DNA of 32,000 nucleotides from Candidatus Kuenenia stuttgartensis (GTDB lineage Bacteria; Planctomycetota; Brocadiia; Brocadiales; Brocadiaceae): NCBI RefSeq assembly GCF_900232105.1, contig NZ_LT934425.1, positions 3,090,001 to 3,122,000 of the forward strand, read 5' to 3'. Shown piece by piece: positions 25,464 to 32,000 of this stretch (position 1 is its first letter; each line of letters starts with the position of its first letter). The notes under the pieces were generated by a model. It saw only the letters and a program-made list of their open reading frames with translations, ran no database searches and was not told where the DNA came from. The position numbers and the translations under genes were made by a program.

Positions 25464-26303
25464 ATGAAACGTTCTTTTAAGCATTCTCCGAACACTAAAA
25501 ACCAAATTATGCACCAAGAAGAAAAAGCAATCCTTTTGTCTGTAGATCGTGCCCTTTCCTCCTCATCAAATTCACAAACGATCGGAAGTAATGGCGAATT
25601 ACCACTAATTCAATTTTTCAATCGTTACTTACCTCTTACATTAAAAGCTACTACTGGATACTTTATCACGCCATCAGGAATATTATCGCCACAAATTGAT
25701 ATTATAATATTTGATTCAAGATACCCATTGCTTTCTGAAAACACCGATGGATCCGTTTTAACCATGCTTCATTCAGTAATTGCGTGCATAGAAGTTAAAA
25801 CGAATCTCAAATCAAGTGATATTAAGAAAGCATGGACAAATAGCATCAAAATAATGCAATTGGCATCGGAAATAGAAGGATACGGAACAATTTATGGTTG
25901 GCAATCAATCCTTAATAGTTTAATTGCTTATCGTTGCAGACAAACATTAGATACTATTAAAAACGTATTTAAATCCTTACGTACAAATCCTCGTTCAAAT
26001 CTATTAACAAATTTCTCGATAGAAATTTTACGTATCCCTGAAAAGAAACAATCTAATAAATTCGAATTTGGTGGGTCGTTGCACTTTGAACCATATAAAA
26101 ATTCAAATAAAGATAGTGCTTTTGTTGAGTTTTTACCTACTTTTGCTAAAAGCTATTCACCTCTTTCAGATTTTTACTATCGCACAGTTTATGATTGTTA
26201 TTACACATTAGGTCGGAGGAATTATTCATACAATGAAATTGGATGGCATTTCACAAAATATATGTCATGGGCAACTGCTTCAGTAAATTTAATAAATAAA
26301 TGA
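25464..26303 (+). CDS. Hypothetical 279-aa protein with a PD-(D/E)xK nuclease-like core
   Basis: The core reads GSNGELPLIQFFNRYLP...SPQIDIIIFDSRYPLL...VIACIEVKTNL. Candidate residues are D79/D84, and E110-V-K112 at nt 25791-25799. From memory it resembles the DUF6602-type restriction-endonuclease-like pattern. Confidence 0.55.
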   Translation: MKRSFKHSPNTKNQIMHQEEKAILLSVDRALSSSSNSQTIGSNGELPLIQFFNRYLPLTLKATTGYFITPSGILSPQIDIIIFDSRYPLLSENTDGSVLTMLHSVIACIEVKTNLKSSDIKKAWTNSIKIMQLASEIEGYGTIYGWQSILNSLIAYRCRQTLDTIKNVFKSLRTNPRSNLLTNFSIEILRIPEKKQSNKFEFGGSLHFEPYKNSNKDSAFVEFLPTFAKSYSPLSDFYYRTVYDCYYTLGRRNYSYNEIGWHFTKYMSWATASVNLINK

Positions 26304-26466
26304 ACTGTGACCAAATTGTGACCGAACCCTGCGGAATCGAAAGGAATGAGAAGGAACTAGCAGAAAAATTTCTATGTTGTAAGGTTTATGTTATAAATAA
26401 TTACAGTCGTAACAGACACAAAGCCAGTTGGTTATAAAAAATGCTAAAAATGACCTTTAAAGAAAT

Positions 26467-26509
26467 GGGGTTCAAGAGGTCGTGGGTTCAAATCCCGCCA
26501 CCCCGACCA
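26467..26509 (+). other. Orphan tRNA 3'-end fragment (att-like), possibly from a tRNA-Pro
   Basis: It has variable-loop AGGTC, T-arm GTGGG-TTCAAAT-CCCGC, acceptor 3' strand CACCCCG, discriminator A and CCA ending at 26509. No complementary 5' acceptor strand, D-arm or anticodon arm lies upstream. Confidence 0.7.
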
Positions 26510-26553
26510 ATAAAATCAAAGGTTTCAGAAATTTGCCACTCTCTTCTTACTCC

Positions 26554-26781
26554 CTAATAAGGGATTGCCATATGTCTTTGCAATTGTTTATGCCAGCCTT
26601 CTCCTTCCGGCCAGTTCTTGTCAACCGCAATAGCGATCCGTTCAAAAATCTTTTCGATACCACAATAGAAATCATGAAGAATGCTTCCCGCAGCCCGTGT
26701 TTCAATAGAACCGGGATTTTCAGGTAACTCACGGATTAGTTCTTCCATCTCTTGTATGATCCTTTTGCAGATTTTAGAGTT
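26554..26781 (-). pseudogene. HepT-like HEPN toxin, middle fragment (cut by the IS at its 5' side and truncated at its 3' side)
   Basis: NSKICKRIIQEMEELIRELPENPGSIETRAAGSILHDFYCGIEKIFERIAIAVDKNWPEGEGWHKQL matches, from memory, the HepT-like family partnered with MNT. The ORF stops before the expected Rx4H region. The upstream part of the listed ORF is IS sequence. Confidence 0.6.
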
Positions 26782-29342
26782 ATATAGCCAAACAAATATG
26801 ATTTTAGGAATTTGGCAATAAAATGGCTTTCTAAAAAACAGATTTATTTGACTAAGCATACTATACAAGCACGCCCCTTAATTCCCTCTTTACAGCCTGG
26901 GGATGACCCATATTTTTTGCTGGACACCGTGTTAACCGTATGTTACACTGTGTACATGCATAGAGTAGGAGGTCGAATATTTTCAGATGATGTAATAAAG
27001 CGTTTATCAGAAACTATCCAAAAGGAACCGTGCCTATCGCGTCGTAAACTGTCGCGTCTGGTATGTGAATGGATGGACTGGAGGAATCAAGCGGGCCGTT
27101 TGCAAGAGATGAGTTGTCGCAAGGCGTTGTTGGAATTGGATCGTCGTAAAGAGATCAATCTTCCAAAGGTTAACAGGCATTATGCATTTCAAAAAGTCAA
27201 TAAACCTGCGGAGGCGCCTCCGATTGCGGAAGTGTCATGCGAGCTAGCGGAGTTGGGGGACGTAGAGATTATACGGGTTACAACGAGAATCCATTCGAAA
27301 CTTTGGCGTAGCATGTTAGAAGCGCATCATTATCTTGGAAGTGGGCCCCTATGCGGGGCGCAACTTAGGTATCTTGTACGCAGTGAACATTACGGATGGA
27401 TAGGAGGGCTAAGTTATAGTGCCTGTGCCAGACGGGTGGAAAGTCGCGACGAGTGGATAGGATGGACGGAGGAAGCACGTAAGCGGAATCATACGTTTGT
27501 TATCAATAACAGTCGGTATTTAATAGCGCCTACGGTAAGAGTAAAATGTTTGGCATCGCATGTATTGGCAAAATGCCAAACACGTTTGGTAGATGATTGG
27601 GAAAGAGTGTATAAATATCGTCCTGTACTTTTAGAAACCTATGTGGAACGAGGACGGTTTTCCGGAAGCTGTTATCGGGCAGCTAACTGGAAGTATGTTG
27701 GAGGCACGGAAGGTCGAGGACGAAAAGGAACAGGTGCAACGGTCAAAGACGTTTATGTTATGCCGTTGCAAAAGAAATGGCAGGCGGTGTTGTGTTGTTG
27801 TGCCGATGGCAAAGTACATGTTCGCCAAAGAGTGGCACAAAAAGAGCCTCGGGATTGGATAGAGGCGGAACTTGGAGGAACAAAATTGGGCGATGCACGA
27901 TTGACATCAAGACTTTTAGAAATGACAGGTATGTTTTATGACAAACCTTTGGCAAACATTCCGCAGGCGTGCGGTTCAGTCAGTGCGACTAAGGCTGCAT
28001 ACCGATTCCTTGACAATGAGTATGTAGATTGGAGGGCGATATTGCAAGCTCATTATGAGGCCACGGAAGAGCGTGTGAAGGAGAATAGTTTGGTTTTGGT
28101 AGCGCAAGATACTACGACTCTGAATTATAGCACACATCCGAATACGCAGGGGTTAGGACCAATAGGTACTAAGAGTGAAAAAGTTCGTGGACTGATGGTG
28201 CATGATACGATGGCGTTTACTGAAAGTGGTACACCCTTGGGACTTCTGAATGTGCAATGCTGGGCGCGGGACGGAATAGGCAGCAAACATGAACGACACA
28301 AGAAGCCTATCGAAGAGAAGGAAAGCTGGAAATGGGTGGAGAGTTACCATGCAGTATCGCAAGTACAGAAACGCTGTCGAAACAAATCTTTGCTGGTGGT
28401 TGTGGCAGATCGTGAGGCCGATATTCACGAGGTATTCGCTGAGCAGTATAATACGCCTGATGGCGCTCAGTTGCTGATCCGTGCAGAACGTTCGCGCAAT
28501 AGAAAGGTTGTTGATGATAAAGAATCATGCGAGTTTTTGTGGACTAAACTGGAACAGCAACCGGTTATAGGTACCCGCGAAATATTGATACCTCCGAGTG
28601 AGAAACGCTCCGCACGTCAGGCAATACTTATGGTACGAACGATGCCTGTTACGCTACGCCCACCTATGCTAAAAAAGAATATGCCTGCGGTCAGGGTGTG
28701 GGCGGTGCTGGCGCAGGAAGTCAATGCGCCTATAGGAATTGATGGGTTAGAATGGATGCTGTTAACCACAGTTGCGGTTAAGCATGAAAAAGATGCTTAC
28801 GAACGTTTGGAATGGTATGCTCGCCGATGGGGTATTGAGTGTTATCATCGTATTATCAAGAGCGGTTGTCGTGTCGAGGCCCGGCAGTTGGAGAGTGCTC
28901 GTCGTCTATGCAACGCTTTGGCCATTGATATGATTATAGCTTGGCGTATCCATTACCTGACTACTTTAGGACAAGAAACACCTGATGTCCCTTGTACTGT
29001 CTACTTCAGCGATTCTGAATGGAAAGCATTGACAACTTTTGCGAACAAGGTCAAGGAGCCTCCTGATTTACCTCCAAGCCTCAATGATGCCGTGCGGCTT
29101 TTAGGTAAACTTGGCGGTCATCTGGGCCGCCGTGGTGATGGCCATCCCGGAAGTGAAGTACTTTGGCGAGGCATGTCACGTTTGGCTGATATTGAAGTTG
29201 CTTACGAACTTTACACCACTTAGCCTTCAGCTCAATTGGCCGTACAACTACGGTGCTATTGAAATTTGTGGGTAAAGATTAGCTTTACAGCTGGGGACTG
29301 GGAGGTGTAAATTTTTCGAAAACCTTATTTGTTTGACTATAT
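26782..29342 (+). mobile_element. IS4-family (IS50/Tn5-like) insertion sequence, 2561 bp, encoding a DUF4338-transposase fusion
   Basis: The imperfect terminal inverted repeats are ATATAGCCAAACAAATATGATTTTAGGAA (26782-) and the reverse complement of the right end, ATATAGTCAAACAAATAAGGTTTTCGAAA (-29342). The element is GC-richer than its flanks by eye. No target duplication was found. Confidence 0.75.
26956..29223 (+). CDS. Fusion protein: N-terminal DUF4338 (DruA-like) domain plus a complete Tn5-like IS4-family DDE transposase
   Basis: The N-terminal half reads HHYLGSGPLCGAQLRYLV..RDEWIGW..VINNSRYLIAP..DWERVYKYRPVLLETYVERGRFSGSCYRAANWKYVGGTEGRG. The C-terminal half has LGDARLTSRLLEM and AYRFLDN (a Tn5 DNA-binding-like N-terminus), D in VAQDTTTLNY, D in VVVADREADI, and a perfect Y-2-R-3-E-6-K signature in YARRWGIECYHRIIK. 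The ORF is open from TTG 26812, but ATG 26956 is preferred. Confidence 0.8.
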   Translation: MHRVGGRIFSDDVIKRLSETIQKEPCLSRRKLSRLVCEWMDWRNQAGRLQEMSCRKALLELDRRKEINLPKVNRHYAFQKVNKPAEAPPIAEVSCELAELGDVEIIRVTTRIHSKLWRSMLEAHHYLGSGPLCGAQLRYLVRSEHYGWIGGLSYSACARRVESRDEWIGWTEEARKRNHTFVINNSRYLIAPTVRVKCLASHVLAKCQTRLVDDWERVYKYRPVLLETYVERGRFSGSCYRAANWKYVGGTEGRGRKGTGATVKDVYVMPLQKKWQAVLCCCADGKVHVRQRVAQKEPRDWIEAELGGTKLGDARLTSRLLEMTGMFYDKPLANIPQACGSVSATKAAYRFLDNEYVDWRAILQAHYEATEERVKENSLVLVAQDTTTLNYSTHPNTQGLGPIGTKSEKVRGLMVHDTMAFTESGTPLGLLNVQCWARDGIGSKHERHKKPIEEKESWKWVESYHAVSQVQKRCRNKSLLVVVADREADIHEVFAEQYNTPDGAQLLIRAERSRNRKVVDDKESCEFLWTKLEQQPVIGTREILIPPSEKRSARQAILMVRTMPVTLRPPMLKKNMPAVRVWAVLAQEVNAPIGIDGLEWMLLTTVAVKHEKDAYERLEWYARRWGIECYHRIIKSGCRVEARQLESARRLCNALAIDMIIAWRIHYLTTLGQETPDVPCTVYFSDSEWKALTTFANKVKEPPDLPPSLNDAVRLLGKLGGHLGRRGDGHPGSEVLWRGMSRLADIEVAYELYTT

Positions 29343-29381
29343 TTCAATGTCCTTCTTCAGTCGTTCCCTATCCGTAAACAA
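29343..29381 (-). pseudogene. HepT-like toxin 5' fragment (13 codons)
   Basis: A TTG at 29381 sits downstream of AAGGAAGGGG and overlaps the MNT 3' end. It gives (M)FTDRERLKKDIE, ending exactly at the IS boundary. It joins in frame to NSKICKRII at 26781. Confidence 0.45.
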
Positions 29382-29664
29382 GTTCCCCTTCCTTTATTGT
29401 TTTTCCCTTTAAACTTTCAAAGGCATCTTCAAATGGAATAAGATTAATTTCGACACCGGGGGGCAGGAGGTTGTTCAATTCCGACAGCGCTTTTATATAA
29501 AACTCAGAAGGCAACCCTTCGGCAACCAAATCAATATCATACCTTTCATGGACAATACCATCTACAAGCGATCCTATAAGGAAGACTTTTTTAAACTGAT
29601 ATTTGTTAATGAGTATTGCAATACATTTATTTGCCAATAATTTTAATTCTTCTTTTTTACGCAT
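29368..29664 (-). CDS. Minimal nucleotidyltransferase (MNT-type antitoxin of HEPN/MNT modules)
   Basis: The 98-aa ORF has the NTase fold motif FLIGSLVDGIVHERYDIDLVAEG. Confidence 0.8.
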   Translation of the reverse strand: MRKKEELKLLANKCIAILINKYQFKKVFLIGSLVDGIVHERYDIDLVAEGLPSEFYIKALSELNNLLPPGVEINLIPFEDAFESLKGKTIKEGELVYG

Positions 29665-29754
29665 TGAGTTCGTTATGGCAATAGAAAAGTGTAATTAGAA
29701 GGACAATTCATGAAGAAACACCGTTCTTTATATCCGTGATAAGAATACTTTCTG

Positions 29755-31779
29755 CTAATCATCCATAACCTTCTGCGCAGCAACCATAGGTTCTCCATAA
29801 AATATCGGGTCCACTCTTTCTACAACATCCGCCGGTACATCAAAGAAGTGGCGTTTGTTTTCTATGGGAATACAAGCCCTTCTTGCTCCGTTATCCATAC
29901 CTACTTGCAGTGGCTCATTCAAAGACGGTAAAGGCTTAATATTGCCCTGAATACTTAAGTCTCCGAGCACCAATGTTGCCGACCTTAATGGTCGTTTTTT
30001 CAAGGCAGAATACATTGCAACAAAGAAGGCAACGCCTATCTGACAATCAATATTTGTATTTAGTAAGTCTACACCTTCCACATGAAAATCTGTTGTATCT
30101 ATATCTCTTCCAATTCCGAACTCAACTTTATGGCTTTTAAGATAATCAAAAGCCCTTGATAGGGAGTCTTTCATCGACTTGCTCAGTCCTCCTGAACTTT
30201 TTAGCTTTCCCGTACCGGCCGATATACCTACCTCTATTCGATAGAGTGCTGCTCTACCATCAGTGCCGACAAATGTCGTATATGCGCTTCCCGGTGGTAA
30301 CGGATCTGTGGAGATAAGATCACGTCCCCCTTCTTCTGGAACACCGACAAACCGCTCTTCCCGTATCTCCTGATCGATATATGAAAAGCTGGTATGGCTA
30401 TACTCATAAGAGAGCATTTTCTTCAATTGCTCTTTTACCCGACGCCTGCATTCCAATGCAATTTTCAGGTACTCTTCTAATTCTTCTTTAATGAATTCCC
30501 CGTTAGGGTGTAGCAGTTTAAGAAAGCCTGATACTGTCTTTCGTACAGCTTTGGAATCTCTGGCATTAAGGTGGGTTCCCAGAGCGAAGTATTTATCAAC
30601 GGATTCTGTGAAATTCGCCTTGCGGAGTTCTCTGAACGCTTCAGCGAGGTAATCAACCACAAAGCCATAGTGATCAGTGAACATCTCCGCGGACATCTTT
30701 GCTATTTCCCACCCTGGAAGATAGAAATGCAATCTATCTATTAAGGCCGGATCTTTGAGTCCGTCAGGAAATGGTTGAAATAGATGGCTCGATTTGACTA
30801 GAATGTCAACTGGCTGATTAATGTTTCCTAACATACAAACACTTGCTTTTGCAGATATCTCTTCCCGGCCACGACTGAAAGAGCCAGATTCAAGATAATC
30901 CTTCATGATATCCACGACATAGTTATCATCAAGGTTAATCCCGCCTACCTCATCAAACGCAACCACATCCCAAAGTCCTACCAACCCAACCTTTCTGGTG
31001 CTCATGTTGTAAAACATGTTTGCTACCGTTGTTTTTCCGCCACTAATTAAAATGGCATAGGGTGTTGTCTCTCTGTATACAAAGGACTTCCCTGTACCTC
31101 GTGGCCCTAATTCAACAAAATTATAGTTTGTTTCGACCATCGGGATGAGTCTTGATAAGTAGAGCCGCTTAATACGTTTGTCCATTCCCGCTGGTTCCAG
31201 GCCTATAGAACGAATCAGAAGATCAATCCATTCTTCTGTTGTGAACCCGGAACGCCCAGCCAGATACTCATTGTGATCATACGAAGCAAGCTGAATCGGA
31301 TTAATTTTCGTTATCCAGAAAGGACTTCTTTTACCCCTCTGTTCCTCATCGTAGCGATAAATCATTTCAACCTGTGCCCAGATACCGCCTTCAAGAAGCC
31401 GTTCATATTGTTTTACAAAGTTATCTGGAATATGGATTTGAGTATTGCTGAAATTCACAAGCTCTGCCCAGTATTTATCCTCGCTGGCGAGAAGCCGGAC
31501 TTTTACCTTATCAATGAAGGTGTAGCTCCCCTTCTCTTTTACCCATGATTGTGCCTTATTAGCTTCATCTGGATTAATGAAGTTTTTTGCCAGAGTATTA
31601 TTAACCAGGCGTAGCCCTGACTCAATTGCCTGTGTGTCGTCTGTTGCGCAGTATTTTCCCAGCAAAAACTCAAGCACATAGACAGGCACATTCGCGCCAA
31701 CCTTCACCTTCCTTACGAGGTCTTTGCGAACAACTTTACCTCCAAAAAACTCATTTGTTTTTTTGTCAAGGATTGCCAT
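29755..31779 (-). CDS. brxL: BREX system Lon protease-like protein BrxL
   Basis: The 674-aa ORF shows end-to-end similarity, recalled from E. coli BrxL. Matches include VRKDLVRKVKVGANVPVYVLEFLLGKYCA, the Walker-type ELGPRGTGKSFVY, GLWDVVAFDEVGG, SGSFSRGREEISAKAS and a C-terminal Lon-protease-like region. Confidence 0.9.
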   Translation of the reverse strand: MAILDKKTNEFFGGKVVRKDLVRKVKVGANVPVYVLEFLLGKYCATDDTQAIESGLRLVNNTLAKNFINPDEANKAQSWVKEKGSYTFIDKVKVRLLASEDKYWAELVNFSNTQIHIPDNFVKQYERLLEGGIWAQVEMIYRYDEEQRGKRSPFWITKINPIQLASYDHNEYLAGRSGFTTEEWIDLLIRSIGLEPAGMDKRIKRLYLSRLIPMVETNYNFVELGPRGTGKSFVYRETTPYAILISGGKTTVANMFYNMSTRKVGLVGLWDVVAFDEVGGINLDDNYVVDIMKDYLESGSFSRGREEISAKASVCMLGNINQPVDILVKSSHLFQPFPDGLKDPALIDRLHFYLPGWEIAKMSAEMFTDHYGFVVDYLAEAFRELRKANFTESVDKYFALGTHLNARDSKAVRKTVSGFLKLLHPNGEFIKEELEEYLKIALECRRRVKEQLKKMLSYEYSHTSFSYIDQEIREERFVGVPEEGGRDLISTDPLPPGSAYTTFVGTDGRAALYRIEVGISAGTGKLKSSGGLSKSMKDSLSRAFDYLKSHKVEFGIGRDIDTTDFHVEGVDLLNTNIDCQIGVAFFVAMYSALKKRPLRSATLVLGDLSIQGNIKPLPSLNEPLQVGMDNGARRACIPIENKRHFFDVPADVVERVDPIFYGEPMVAAQKVMDD

Positions 31780-31790
31780 GTGTATTCCCT

Positions 31791-32000
31791 CTAAATAATT
31801 AGGTTGACTACTATATTTTCTAGCCGCGCAAGTTCCACCAATGTTTCAGCATCCACTAAAACCAAATATAGAACATTCTGAGCAGGTTCTCCCGTAAGCA
31901 TTATTGTCACGAGGTTTGGTTTGTTCTGTTCCAAAATGATGTCCTTTGTTCCATCTTCGTATCCATATACTGCATGAACTGCCTCACCTACATCATTCTT
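31791..32000 (-). CDS. 3' end of the gene upstream of brxL (pglZ expected from canonical BREX gene order, not verified)
   Basis: The frame is open to the window edge and reads ..AVHAVYGYEDGTKDIILEQNKPNLVTIMLTGEPAQNVLYLVLVDAETLVELARLENIVVNLII*. The stop is 11 nt before the brxL ATG, with GAGGG between them, which suggests translational coupling. Confidence 0.5.
   Translation of the reverse strand, partial: KNDVGEAVHAVYGYEDGTKDIILEQNKPNLVTIMLTGEPAQNVLYLVLVDAETLVELARLENIVVNLII

Noticed and set aside
26435-26509. A complete tRNA gene ending in CCA at 26509.
   Set aside because: Only the variable loop, T-arm and 3' acceptor strand are present. No upstream sequence is complementary to CACCCCG, and no D-arm or anticodon arm can be drawn.
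26482-26727. Listed 81-aa ORF (MGSNPATPTNKIKGF..) and the antisense 61-aa ORF 26547..26732.
   Set aside because: The first is read through the tRNA fragment and antisense to the HepT-like fragment. Neither has an RBS or recognisable motifs.
26782-26785. A 4-bp ATAT (or 2-bp AT) target duplication for the Tn5-like IS.
   Set aside because: The ends are AT-palindromic, so this cannot be excluded from sequence alone. However, restoring the target with these extra bases puts a stop codon or frameshift into the HepT-like gene, whereas zero duplication is exactly in frame.

Overview
This is a 32-kb bacterial window, roughly 40% GC by eye. The taxon cannot be established from the sequence. Rubrerythrin, a 2-oxoacid:ferredoxin oxidoreductase and an AMP-forming acetyl-CoA synthetase suggest an anaerobe.

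Bases 1-22.7 kb carry ordinary housekeeping and signalling genes: rdgB tail, porA/porB-like OFOR, rubrerythrin, pcm, an RluA-family pseudouridine synthase, acsA-like ligase, a parvulin PPIase, a GAF-GGDEF-PilZ protein, a CN-hydrolase, a nucleoside phosphorylase-family protein and a class III cyclase. This region is heavily eroded by mobile DNA:
- an ISBst12-like IS66 element splits porB with a clean 8-bp target duplication;
- an IS200-type tnpA stub;
- a 5'-truncated, frameshifted radical-SAM remnant;
- a 1.77-kb element bounded by 40-bp inverted repeats, in which a degraded IS4-type transposase is followed by a DUF4338 (DruA-like) gene;
- at least three dispersed repeat families.

Bases 22.8-32 kb look like a decaying defence/mobilome island. 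In order it contains:
- a ParE/RelE-type toxin-antitoxin pair with both genes interrupted by small insertions;
- a visibly AT-rich two-gene cassette, a 402-aa protein with a C-terminal HEPN Rx4H motif plus a 279-aa PD-(D/E)xK-like nuclease. This is the best candidate for an undescribed defence module;
- an orphan tRNA 3'-end (att-like) fragment;
- an MNT/HepT-like pair whose toxin is split by a 2.56-kb IS4 (Tn5-like) element. Its transposase carries an N-terminal DUF4338 domain;
- the distal end of a BREX locus, with complete brxL and the tail of the upstream gene.

No CRISPR array, rRNA or intact tRNA was seen. All homology calls come from reading motifs by eye, without database searches.
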